Below are positions 47,923 through 56,963 of a stretch of 64,000 nt of DNA, piece after piece. The stretch is taken from assembly GCA_043718025.1 (NCBI GenBank), contig JAYSWN010000188.1, forward strand, positions 28,766-92,765. The letters run 5' to 3'. Under the pieces are notes generated by a model that saw only the letters and a list, made by a program, of their open reading frames with translations, had not been told where the DNA came from and did no database searches. The number at the start of each line of letters is the position of its first letter. Positions within the stretch are counted from its first letter, which is position 1. The DNA comes from Pseudomonadota bacterium. Lineage in GTDB: Bacteria; Bdellovibrionota; FAC87; UBA2466. The translations under genes and the position numbers were made by a program.

Positions 47923-50126
47923 TCACCCCCTGAAATCGCACGCGGTCGTCGGGCCGCGCCACTGCTGCCCCGGGGACGACGCGACACCGCATTGTCATCT
48001 TCCGCTTTCTGAATCTGCCGGCGGCGTTTAATACGCTCGCGATTATCGATCTCTTGCGGCGAAAATTCACTTGGGCTGCCCACGCCATTAAAGAAATCGG
48101 CGCCCGACAATCCGGCTCCCGCTCCGGCCTGAATCGAAGACACTGAGGCAGGCCTACGTTCGCCAGAAGCCGTAGTGCCGACTGAGCCATCGCCCTTAAC
48201 GGCGTTGTCATCGTAAGTGGTTGAGTTGCCCCGCGGTCCGGCCAAACCAATCGGTGCGCTACGAAGCTGCGAATCAACGGTAGGTGCTCCCGGCGATTCA
48301 CCCTTGGGCGCCTCGTCGTCGTAAGTGGTGCTTTGGCTGCCGCCACTTCCGCCGCTGGCGCCCCCCCCGCTACGGCTACCCGGAGGAGGCGGATCGACTT
48401 TGGGTTTGCCGACGGGACCTACGCTTGCATCGCCGCCTGGGTTTTTGGGCGCGCTGTCGTCGAAGCCAATAGACTGCGTAGCTTTGGGCTGGCCCTGTGG
48501 GGGCGGAGTGCGCGGGAGATCAATAAAAGTTTCGTCGGGCGGATCTCCGGCCACGCCGGCCCCGGCTTTAGTAATTTTTTGCGCGTTGGTTAGTAGGCCC
48601 GGGCGTTTGCGATGGCGAGGATCATCGGAATCGGATGCCGAAGCTTGCGAGGCGCCGCCAGAAGTAGGCGTTGAGCTTTTAGGCGCGGGGTTTGCGTTTC
48701 CCGCAGAGTCTTGTTTGGCGAGGCTGTCGTCGAAAACCACGGTTTTTCCACTTCCCACAATCTTAGGCGGCGAAACCTGTCCGGCGAGGGGAATGGGCGG
48801 GGGGTCATTGAAGAGCTTGTTGCCGGAGTTTAATTTCCACCAATTGCCCGGATCCTTGGGCGGTACATAATAAGTCTCACGATTGGCCTCCCAGCGCCAA
48901 GTGCCATCATTTTTCATCGCGTTTTTTCTAATTATCGCACAGCCCGCGGGCGTCCATCCTTCGCCGTCACCGCCATCTTTGGGCCCAATGCCGTTACCGT
49001 GCCCCTTACCGTTGGGCATTCCCATCATGCTGTGACCAATGGCTTCGTGGGCTACGGTCTGCGAATCGCAAGAACCCCCATCCTCGATTGAAGGAGCAAT
49101 GGACATTCTACCGCTGCCACCCTTGGAGCCATCGGCCTTAATATCTTTGAGTCGCTTAATCGCAATAGCTTTGTCTGCGGCAGAGGTGGCCCCAGAAGTA
49201 TCGTCCCTTTGTCGTTCGTAATCTTTAACAATAGCGTCGTAGTCTTCGGAACCAGTTGCGCTATTGACTACTGCACAGCCCGCGATCGGTAGTTTTTCTT
49301 TATAGCGAATGTCCCTTGGGTCTGAGTCGTATGGTGGATTTTCTGCGTACCCTTTGCACATCTCGTCCGCCATTGCCAGTGAACTTACACAGAAGGAAGT
49401 GGACGCATTCGTTACGCCGGGAATCTTGCCGACAATATTGCAGGCATCCATTTGCAGCTTATTGTTCGCCTCGGCGGCTCCGGCATCGGGATTGTAACTG
49501 CCAGGAGCGACCGTCACCGGAAAAACTACCAGATTCACACCGCATGCCTGCGCCATGTTGTCGGTCATTTTTTTGATAGTCTCATTGCCACGTTGTGCGG
49601 AGACGGCCTGGCCGTCCATAAAAAGGCACATGGCGTAAAACTTATCGAAGGCCTGAGTTTGTGGATTCACTCCGCCCGGCCCATTACCGCCGCTCAATGG
49701 ACGCCCGCTATCATTCTTCGGCGCGTTGTCATCAAACTGGGTTACCTCTTTGGCGCGAGACGGGTCTGAACCCAAAGAACTTCCTCCGCCAGCCCCCGCG
49801 GCTCCCATTGAGTTACCGCCGCCGGCAGAAGATCCACCGCCACCGCCCCCAAAACCGACCGCGTTCGTTCCCGAAAGTTGAGAGCCAGAGCCGGAACCAT
49901 TTGCCGCTCCACTGCCGTTTTCACCATTACCATTTGCGCCGCCAACGTTGACCCACCAGTGTTTGCCCTTTGTTATCGCGCTGGGTTTTCGATTGGGTTT
50001 TGCCGCAGTTTTGACGGCGCCCCGTAAAGCCTCGCGCGGCCTCACCGCCAACGTCGGTTGGCAAAAGGAGGCACTGAGTAAATACACGAAGAGTGTAGAA
50101 GTGTTTTTTCGTAGCGAACGAAACAA
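47919..50126 (-). CDS. Secreted Gly/Pro-rich protein with putative zinc-metallopeptidase motif
   Basis: Signal peptide; TVAHEAIGHSMMG at 49032-49049; five [YF]DD..K motifs; GAGG SD before TTG. Confidence 0.72.
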   Translation of the reverse strand: MFRSLRKNTSTLFVYLLSASFCQPTLAVRPREALRGAVKTAAKPNRKPSAITKGKHWWVNVGGANGNGENGSGAANGSGSGSQLSGTNAVGFGGGGGGSSAGGGNSMGAAGAGGGSSLGSDPSRAKEVTQFDDNAPKNDSGRPLSGGNGPGGVNPQTQAFDKFYAMCLFMDGQAVSAQRGNETIKKMTDNMAQACGVNLVVFPVTVAPGSYNPDAGAAEANNKLQMDACNIVGKIPGVTNASTSFCVSSLAMADEMCKGYAENPPYDSDPRDIRYKEKLPIAGCAVVNSATGSEDYDAIVKDYERQRDDTSGATSAADKAIAIKRLKDIKADGSKGGSGRMSIAPSIEDGGSCDSQTVAHEAIGHSMMGMPNGKGHGNGIGPKDGGDGEGWTPAGCAIIRKNAMKNDGTWRWEANRETYYVPPKDPGNWWKLNSGNKLFNDPPPIPLAGQVSPPKIVGSGKTVVFDDSLAKQDSAGNANPAPKSSTPTSGGASQASASDSDDPRHRKRPGLLTNAQKITKAGAGVAGDPPDETFIDLPRTPPPQGQPKATQSIGFDDSAPKNPGGDASVGPVGKPKVDPPPPGSRSGGGASGGSGGSQSTTYDDEAPKGESPGAPTVDSQLRSAPIGLAGPRGNSTTYDDNAVKGDGSVGTTASGERRPASVSSIQAGAGAGLSGADFFNGVGSPSEFSPQEIDNRERIKRRRQIQKAEDDNAVSRRPRGSSGAARRPRAISGGE

Positions 50127-50188
50127 GCTGAAGACCTCGTAAGAGTGAAAATTCGCTAGAAAACGTACCGCGGGATACCAGTATACAG

Positions 50189-50204
50189 AGCAAGTTAGGG
50201 GCCA
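50189..50204 (-). promoter_or_regulatory. sigma54-type -24/-12 promoter
   Basis: TGGCCC-CTAAC-TTGCT, matching TGGCAC-N5-TTGC[AT] with exact spacing, 62 nt upstream of 50126. Confidence 0.65.
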
Positions 50205-50297
50205 GATTTCAGGCAGTTACGGCGGGCTTTTAGGCTCAGGTTTAGGGGCTAAATCGTGAAGTGTGCCTAAAGTTTAGCCACCCTGATTAGAGCTAGT

Positions 50298-50549
50298 CAG
50301 TTCATCGGCTCTTTCCGCTAAAAGTTGGCGGTACACGCCCCACCCGTCCTTGCGAGCCACGAAGTGGCGTGGCAATCCTTGGCCGATGAATGATGAGAGA
50401 GAGAGTTTTATTTAGATTATGGCGAATTGGACGACCTTTAATCCACCGTGTGAGGATTGCTTCGGCCTACGGCCTCGCAAAGACGCGAACGATAACGCGC
50501 CCACTAAAAGAGCAAAGAACCCAGTTCATCGGTTCTTTCCACTAAGAGT
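50298..50549. repeat. 28-bp imperfect direct repeat pair
   Basis: CAGTTCATCGGCTCTTTCCGCTAAAAGT (50298-50325) versus CAGTTCATCGGTTCTTTCCACTAAGAGT (50522-50549); 25/28 identical. Confidence 0.8.
50345..50485. repeat. Palindromic REP/RPE-like non-autonomous element
   Basis: CGTCCTTGCGAG...GTGGCAATCCT and AGGATTGCTTCG...CTCGCAAAGACG inverted arms around a ~70-bp spacer. Confidence 0.7.
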
Positions 50550-50690
50550 GTGGACACTCAAAGATGATTGGTGGGGCAGGGAAACTGCGGGTCGTGGATG
50601 CTCCCTGCGTTGCTCGTGAGGGTTTGGGTGGCGCTTCCTCACTTCGGGGCTAGTGGGTGAAAAGCTAAACCCCACCCTTAAGTAACCTGT

Positions 50691-51461
50691 TCACCCATTA
50701 TTTTCACGAAAGCGGGCAATGAGTTTTGCGAAAGAGCTTTCTGCCGCGGCGGCCATTTTCGCATCGAGGGCCGATTTATTGGTAATGCCAAAAACGTGTT
50801 CCACTCCTTCTGAAACGGTTTCACCAACGGCGTTCCAATCGCTCCAGACGGGCTCATCTGATTTTGCGTCGTACAACGCAAACCGAACCGAGGCGCTGGG
50901 GAAATAATCACCGGCCCCCACCAACTGTTTAAAGCCGCCGCCCTTTTCCACTTTAATAAATACGGTGGCCACCGCGATGGCATCGACCCCCAGTTTTTTG
51001 ATCAGCTCTCTCCGTTTGCTGACATCCGCCGATTCGACAGGGTAGGCATCTACAATTCCATTGGCCGCCAGCCGTTGCGTGCCCGACGCCGAAGGCGGCC
51101 GAACTTGCAGCCCCGCCATCTTCTGCTGGTGATACCCCTGATAAAAACCATTACGTTCGACTTGATGGCGATCGAGCATTTTCCACTTCTGTTCTTTCGC
51201 GAGCTGTTTTTCCAGCGACTGATAGATCGCATCGGCCAAGGGGCTGGCCTGCCCTAATCCCGATCCCCACTCCGCCATGCCGGTGGGACCGGTGCGTTTG
51301 TGGGCACCAAGCGTGAACCCCTCCGGTACGGGCTGCTCAACCGAGAAGCCCACAATCGCCACCCGTTTTAAAGCGGCAGTGCGCTGCTTATCCACTTTCA
51401 TGGTGGCGCAGGCAGCAAGGAATAGGAATGGAAGAGCGGCAGCGAGTGCTTTGTGTTTCAT
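50691..51461 (-). CDS. Hypothetical lipoprotein (possible CsgG/LpoB/TolB-N-like fold)
   Basis: Lipobox FLAA-C; KRVAIVGF, LIKKLGVDAI, LYDAKSDEPVWS; probable ATG at 51461. Confidence 0.7.
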   Translation of the reverse strand: MKHKALAAALPFLFLAACATMKVDKQRTAALKRVAIVGFSVEQPVPEGFTLGAHKRTGPTGMAEWGSGLGQASPLADAIYQSLEKQLAKEQKWKMLDRHQVERNGFYQGYHQQKMAGLQVRPPSASGTQRLAANGIVDAYPVESADVSKRRELIKKLGVDAIAVATVFIKVEKGGGFKQLVGAGDYFPSASVRFALYDAKSDEPVWSDWNAVGETVSEGVEHVFGITNKSALDAKMAAAAESSFAKLIARFRENNG

Positions 51462-51526
51462 ACGATTTTTTAAGTTGAGGCTCCTCTGCGGAGCCCCGCC
51501 TATTTTAAGAAGAAAGTTGTGGGTAA

Positions 51527-52084
51527 CTAAATAATGTCGAAATACCAACCTAAGTTGATGTACGGCAGCCCGCCAAGTCCCGACATAAACGACAAGTTGT
51601 AACCTAGTCCGACGTTAAATCCGCTGGCCGCTTGCCAGTCCACTCCGATGTTGCCGTAGATGAGCGCCTGGCTGGTGGTAAAATTTGCCACCGTGATTGC
51701 CGTGCCGCCGCTTTGGCTCACCGCTACATACGCGAAGCTCAATCCCGCCACCGGCGAAAGACTCCAACCTGGTACAAAAAATCGGGCTCCGCCGCCGAGG
51801 GTCGTGGCGCTGGCCGAAGCATTTCCAAGCGAGGCGCTGATTTGCCCTAAGCCCGCGGTGAAGCGAGCAAAATCAAAAGCGTTGTAAGCTAAATTTACGC
51901 CGATGAGAGTGGGAAACGGATCGCCCAGCACGCCTAAGTAAACTCCGGCTTTTCGCCGCATGCGGTTACTCGCCACGGTAATTTCAGACGAATTCGATGA
52001 ATCCACTTTTACGGCGAACGCCGAACTCTCGCTAATCGAATGCGTTAAAATCAACCCTACAATTAATAGTTTTTGGAAACCCAT
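51527..52084 (-). CDS. Small outer-membrane beta-barrel protein
   Basis: Signal peptide; about 8 amphipathic strands ending PYINLGWYF; AGGAGG SD. Confidence 0.72.
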   Translation of the reverse strand: MGFQKLLIVGLILTHSISESSAFAVKVDSSNSSEITVASNRMRRKAGVYLGVLGDPFPTLIGVNLAYNAFDFARFTAGLGQISASLGNASASATTLGGGARFFVPGWSLSPVAGLSFAYVAVSQSGGTAITVANFTTSQALIYGNIGVDWQAASGFNVGLGYNLSFMSGLGGLPYINLGWYFDII

Positions 52085-52154
52085 AAATCCTCCTGATTAA
52101 TGAAAATCAACCCTGAGGCAGAAATATTTTGGAAGTCGGTTCAAGTCAATTAAT

Positions 52155-52172
52155 TTTATACTCAGGTATAAA
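52155..52172. promoter_or_regulatory. Perfect palindromic operator, probably for the adjacent TetR
   Basis: TTTATAC-TCAG-GTATAAA next to a minus-strand TTGACT (-35); a further half site AGTATAAA at about 52186. Confidence 0.6.
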
Positions 52173-52198
52173 GATTATGATCAAAAGTATAAATCTGG

Positions 52199-52843
52199 TT
52201 AGTCGTCGATATGAACTTGAATGAGCTCGGAGATCTCTTTTACCGTCTTGCGTCGTAACTGCTCGAGCGAGAGCGGGGAGTTGGTGGTGATGTGGTCTAA
52301 GATATGACCGGTCATGATGCTCTGGATCATTTTTCCTAAATACGGCGCCAGCTTGGCCCGAGAAACCGGCAACAATGGCAACACTACCGCTTCGAGCCGT
52401 TCGGCACCCAGGTTACGAATCTCCGAATGCAGCCGCCGATAGAAAGAATCGTAACTGGAGTAATAATAGAGCAAAAGAATTACCGCCGAGTGCTTGGGGT
52501 ACGTTGCAATCCAATCGAACGTGCCGTTGACGAAGGCGGTTAGCCTTTGCGTATCATCTTCGGCCTCTTTCACATGGCGCACGGTAAAACTTTGCACCGT
52601 GGCCACCACAAATTTAATCGCCGCTTCCACGATGGTTTTGCGATCGCCGTAGTAATAGGCCACGTGGGCCTTGGTCATTTTGTTCTTTTTGCCGATGGCC
52701 TCGAGAGTTGAGCTCTCCACCCCGATGGTCGCAATGCACTCAATCGCGCTCTCCAAAATGGCGATGCGGCGCATGTCTCCCTTATTGGGTTTGAATTTTA
52801 GAAACTGGCTATACAGAGCCTGTGTGAGTTCTTTGTCTGGCAT
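52199..52843 (-). CDS. TetR/AcrR-family transcriptional regulator
   Basis: ILESAIECIATIGVESSTLEAIGKKNKMTKAHVAYYY HTH. Confidence 0.88.
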   Translation of the reverse strand: MPDKELTQALYSQFLKFKPNKGDMRRIAILESAIECIATIGVESSTLEAIGKKNKMTKAHVAYYYGDRKTIVEAAIKFVVATVQSFTVRHVKEAEDDTQRLTAFVNGTFDWIATYPKHSAVILLLYYYSSYDSFYRRLHSEIRNLGAERLEAVVLPLLPVSRAKLAPYLGKMIQSIMTGHILDHITTNSPLSLEQLRRKTVKEISELIQVHIDD

Positions 52844-52928
52844 GGCGAAATCGTTGTGACGCTATGTACCATATGGCCCGGGGACGAATCCAGAGCCTAA
52901 AAAAACTTAGCAATATCAATTAATTGCC

Positions 52929-54101
52929 TTAGCGACTAGCCCGTCGGTAAGCCAAGAATGCGACCACGGCAAAGATGAGGTTTGGAATCCACACCACCAC
53001 CCAAGGCGCCCCCCATCCGCGTACGGCAATGGCATTAGCCGCGACCAGAAAGAGCCAGTAGAAAATGCCGGCCACCGTGCAGAAAAGGATGGCGCCACCG
53101 CGCACCCCTTTTTGGCTCAGCAGAGAAAGAAAAAAGCCAAGGGCACCGAAAATAAAACAAGAGAAACCCAGCGAAACGCGGCGGTGAAACTCTACCTGCA
53201 ACGAGCGTGAACCAACCGGATCGCCCTCGATTTCAATGAGGCGCTTTTTAATCTGGTGGTAGTTAAATGAAAGCGGGCTGTACTCACGCCACGCTTCGCC
53301 CAACGGGGCGTGGCTTAGATTGATATCGTGAACCTCAAAATCAATTCTTAAGAGATCTTCATCAACGCTCTTTGTATCTTCGTAAACCGACCCATCCGAA
53401 AGGCGCAACAAAAGTAGCCCCTCATAGGGGTTGGAGAGAATCACCGCCTTTTTCGCGGTGATGGCCATGGGGTGGGTCTCTTCGCGATCGTCGAAAAGAA
53501 AAACTCGGCGCATTTCGTTTTTGGCGGGAATCACCTGTTCGGCATAGAGGGTCAAACCATGAAAGCCGTTGATGAAAACCCCCGGCTTTAAGGCCTCCAT
53601 CACCTTCTCTTGTTGCAGACGGGTAATCATCAACTCAAATTTTCGGTTGCCGTGCGGCACGGGGTACATTGAAAAATAGACCGAAACTAAAGTAACGATA
53701 AGCGAAAGCACGGCCACGGGGCCAAATGCTTGCACCAGGCTGACGCCGCTCACCTGCAGGGCGGTTGTCTCTCCCTCTGAATGAGCCCGCGAAATGCCAA
53801 TGAGCACCGAAAAGAGATAGGCCACCGGAATTACGGTGCCGACCAGAGACCACATCAGGTACCAACACAGAAGAAAGATGTCTTTGAAGTTCACCTGATT
53901 AGAGACCAGAAATTCACTAAGGCGAATGGCCTGCGCCATCAATAAAATCATGAGGAATAGACTGGTGCCCATCAAGAACGAAGGAACAATCTCGCCCCAC
54001 GTAAAGCGATAGAGATACGGCGAAGTGAGCGAAAACCGCGTTGAGCGCCACAGGCGCATGCGGTTCTGCGAGGAAAAGAGAGTAGCGAGACGGCCCTTCA
54101 T
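52929..54101 (-). CDS. lptF: LptF/LptG-family LPS export permease
   Basis: ETTALQVSGVS, LKPGVFI, six TM helices, VEFHRR, WIPNL. Confidence 0.85.
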   Translation of the reverse strand: MKGRLATLFSSQNRMRLWRSTRFSLTSPYLYRFTWGEIVPSFLMGTSLFLMILLMAQAIRLSEFLVSNQVNFKDIFLLCWYLMWSLVGTVIPVAYLFSVLIGISRAHSEGETTALQVSGVSLVQAFGPVAVLSLIVTLVSVYFSMYPVPHGNRKFELMITRLQQEKVMEALKPGVFINGFHGLTLYAEQVIPAKNEMRRVFLFDDREETHPMAITAKKAVILSNPYEGLLLLRLSDGSVYEDTKSVDEDLLRIDFEVHDINLSHAPLGEAWREYSPLSFNYHQIKKRLIEIEGDPVGSRSLQVEFHRRVSLGFSCFIFGALGFFLSLLSQKGVRGGAILFCTVAGIFYWLFLVAANAIAVRGWGAPWVVVWIPNLIFAVVAFLAYRRASR

Positions 54102-54369
54102 TGGGGCGAGTATAGCTTAATCGTCGGTTTCTGACGAAGGCGCGCTTTGATAAATTGGCTCGCGGTCTTCGGTTACCACCGCCGCCCGGCTCTTTACCCC
54201 CCAAAAAAAGAACCCTAAGTGAAAGTGCTTTCAACCCCTTAAAAAGAGCAATTCTTTGGCCAATTTCACCTCGCGAAACCACAACGCAAAACCGTCCGTA
54301 GACTGACTAGGTACGCGTGCGTGTAAAAAAGTTAGCTCCAAAAAACTTCGAAAAATGTGTTAAATCGGG

Positions 54370-55650
54370 ATGGTGAGTGACCAGTTTCAAACCGACCTGT
54401 TTTCTGCCGCAGCCGATGATTCTCCTTTGGCCGAACGCCTGCGCCCGAAAGTGCTCGAAGATTTCGTCGGACAGCACCATTTTTTAAACGAACGTTTTCG
54501 CACGATGGTGGCTTCGGACAAGTGGAGCGGCTTGGTTTTTTGGGGGCCGCCGGGCACCGGTAAGACATCGCTCGCCCAGCTAATTGCCTCCACTTCAAAG
54601 CGGCCGTTTACCAAAATTTCTGCGGTAAATACCGGGGTGAAGGAGATTAAAGAGACGCTGGAACGTTCGCGCTTCGAGAGAAACTCGGGCCGTAGCGCGT
54701 GGATCCTGTTCATCGACGAAGTCCACCGCCTGAACAAAGCCCAGCAAGACGTGCTGCTACCGTACCTTGAAGACGGTTCAATTCGCTTTATCGGCGCCAC
54801 GACCGAAAACCCTTCGTTTGAGATCAACAATGCGATCTTGTCACGTAGTCTGGTTTTTAACTTCAAAGCGATTGATAAAACTGATTTGGCCGTGTTGCTC
54901 AAACGATCGGTGCCAAAAGAACGAGACCTTTCGCCTTTGCTGATCGAACGACTGGCGATGATCGCCAATGGCGACGCCCGCAAAGCGCTCTCCCTGCTCG
55001 ATCACCTTTTGTTATCGAGCGCCTCGGCTAAGCTCGACGAAGAAGATTTGGCCAATCTGGCCTCAGCCCAAAGCCTTTACTACGACAAAAAGGGCGAGGG
55101 GCATTACGACACGATTTCGGCATTTATCAAGAGCGTAAGGGGCAGTGATCCCGACGCCGCCCTCTACTATTTAGCGCGTATGATCGAGGGCGGTGAAGAC
55201 CCGGTATTTATCGCCCGACGACTGGTGATTTTGGCCTCCGAAGATATCGGCAATGCCAATCCCATGGGGCTGGTGCTGGCCAACGCGGCCGCGCAAGCGG
55301 TGCATTTGATTGGCATGCCCGAGGCCCGAATTGTTTTAGGGCAAGCCACCACCTATCTAGCTTGCTCCGAAAAGAGCAACCGCTCCTACGAAGCCATCAA
55401 TGCCGCAATCGAGAAGGTGCGAGAGACGGGAAACCTTTCGGTGCCAATGAATGTTCGCAATGCGCCAACCGCGGCCATGAAAGAGTGGGGCTACGGAAAA
55501 GGCTACGATTACCCGCACCGCACGGAAGCGGGCTGGGTCCCGGCCCAATACTTACCCGACGAAATAAAAAGCGAACGCTTTTACCACCCCAAAGATACCG
55601 GTGTAGAAAAGCGCTTCCAAGAATTCCTCAGCGAACGCGGCAAGAAATAA
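54370..55650 (+). CDS. rarA: Replication-associated recombination protein A (MgsA)
   Basis: PLAERLRP, WGPPGTGKT, FIDEVHR, GATTENPSF, HYDTISAFIKSVRGSDPDA. Confidence 0.97.
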   Translation: MVSDQFQTDLFSAAADDSPLAERLRPKVLEDFVGQHHFLNERFRTMVASDKWSGLVFWGPPGTGKTSLAQLIASTSKRPFTKISAVNTGVKEIKETLERSRFERNSGRSAWILFIDEVHRLNKAQQDVLLPYLEDGSIRFIGATTENPSFEINNAILSRSLVFNFKAIDKTDLAVLLKRSVPKERDLSPLLIERLAMIANGDARKALSLLDHLLLSSASAKLDEEDLANLASAQSLYYDKKGEGHYDTISAFIKSVRGSDPDAALYYLARMIEGGEDPVFIARRLVILASEDIGNANPMGLVLANAAAQAVHLIGMPEARIVLGQATTYLACSEKSNRSYEAINAAIEKVRETGNLSVPMNVRNAPTAAMKEWGYGKGYDYPHRTEAGWVPAQYLPDEIKSERFYHPKDTGVEKRFQEFLSERGKK

Positions 55651-55742
55651 CAAGGGGCGCCGAAAACGCCTTTGGTCCGAGGGCCAGGCGCTATGACGAC
55701 CCACCCCTCGCCCTTTCGCACTAATTTGGCTAAGCTCTCTCG

Positions 55743-56540
55743 ATGACACCAGCCGGATTCACCGTTCAAGCTATTAACCTGTTTGATACGATCAGCATTA
55801 AAGGCATTCGCTCTTTGCTTTCGGGCAAGGTGATCGACTCTTCGCCACAAGAGCTCAGATTGCAATACGGCGAGAACAGTTACCTTTTCGTTTTCCGCTT
55901 TGGCTGCCTCGTTTTTTTCAATATGGCCAACGCCGAGATCGAGCGCGAGATCGAAAAACTTAAGTCAGCTTTGGGCGGCGGCATCCCGGTACCGACCACC
56001 GAGACCTACCAAGTGAACGTGGGTGAATTTCCACTTCGCGTTGAGTTTGAGTACGTGGAGTTAAAAAAGCTCACGCTGGATCACCTGCGCCTAATCGCCG
56101 TGACCATCGGCCAATCCGCCGCGCTGGAGCTTTATGAAATAGAGGCCGATCGGATGCTTCGGGTGACCGCCTCTTTCACCAGAGATCTGGCCAAGGGCGG
56201 ATACCTGCCGTTTAAAACCAGAAAACTCATGAGCATGATTGGGTCAACCGCCACCACCCGGCAAAATATCGTAAGCAATCTGGCGATTCTCGACCCGCCG
56301 GATGAGACGTGGAAGAGCAAAGAGCTAGAGAACTTCTTTAGAGAGCTTCAGGGTAACTTTGATATTGAAGTTCGCTTTAGAACTCTGGATCGAAAACTCT
56401 TAATTATTCAAGACAACATCGAACTTTTGGCGGATCTGATCTCGACCAGAAAAACCCATTTACTGGAAACGATGGTTATTTTGCTTATTGCGGCAGAGAT
56501 AATCTTGGCGTTTTTTCCGGGCATTCGCGGGATTCATTAA
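55743..56540 (+). CDS. RMD1/DUF155-family protein
   Basis: FVFRFGCLVFFN, GQSAALE, ILDPPDETW, FDIEVRF..LDRKL, LE..VI.LIAAEI. Confidence 0.85.
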   Translation: MTPAGFTVQAINLFDTISIKGIRSLLSGKVIDSSPQELRLQYGENSYLFVFRFGCLVFFNMANAEIEREIEKLKSALGGGIPVPTTETYQVNVGEFPLRVEFEYVELKKLTLDHLRLIAVTIGQSAALELYEIEADRMLRVTASFTRDLAKGGYLPFKTRKLMSMIGSTATTRQNIVSNLAILDPPDETWKSKELENFFRELQGNFDIEVRFRTLDRKLLIIQDNIELLADLISTRKTHLLETMVILLIAAEIILAFFPGIRGIH

Positions 56541-56580
56541 CCCATTTGAAAAAGCGGCCCGCCCCGACTATATAAAGGGC

Positions 56581-56877
56581 ATGTCAATGCGCTATTTAAT
56601 TCGAAGAGAACAAGCCGACAGCCTTTCTGAACTTGAGACCGAAGTCTCGGGGCTAAAAGAAAAGTTGGGCCCGGCGGGTGCTGACCTGCGTTGCGACATT
56701 CCGGTGGTAATCTCGGAAAAGCGCCACCTTCACCTTCAGTTTCTTACCCGCAAAACTGCCACCGGCTGGATCTGGGTATGCCCCTCGGTTGAAGTGGTTG
56801 CCGAAGACGAACGCGGTCTATTTGAATTGCTGAAGAAGTTTAATGCCCCTAAGCCCGCGCATCTAGCCCATCTATAA
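56581..56877 (+). CDS. Hypothetical protein
   Basis: 98-aa ORF preceded by TTGAAA-17-TATATA. Confidence 0.55.
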   Translation: MSMRYLIRREQADSLSELETEVSGLKEKLGPAGADLRCDIPVVISEKRHLHLQFLTRKTATGWIWVCPSVEVVAEDERGLFELLKKFNAPKPAHLAHL

Positions 56878-56904
56878 AGTGTAGACTTTCGGTCGCCGCA
56901 AAAT

Positions 56905-56935
56905 AAAAAAAGGCGTTGCCCTTGTGGACAACGCC
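56905..56935 (-). terminator. Terminator after the cyclophilin gene
   Basis: Minus strand GGCGTTGTCCACAAGGGCAACGCC followed by T7. Confidence 0.75.
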
Positions 56936-56963
56936 CCAAATCCTTAACCAAACCGCAAAGCGG

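Noticed and set aside
50298..50549. Two-repeat mini-CRISPR
   Set aside because: The 196-nt gap is far longer than a spacer, there are only two copies, and there are no cas genes.
50419..50619. 66-aa ORF as a real gene
   Set aside because: It runs through the palindromic element and the direct repeat and has no recognisable motif.
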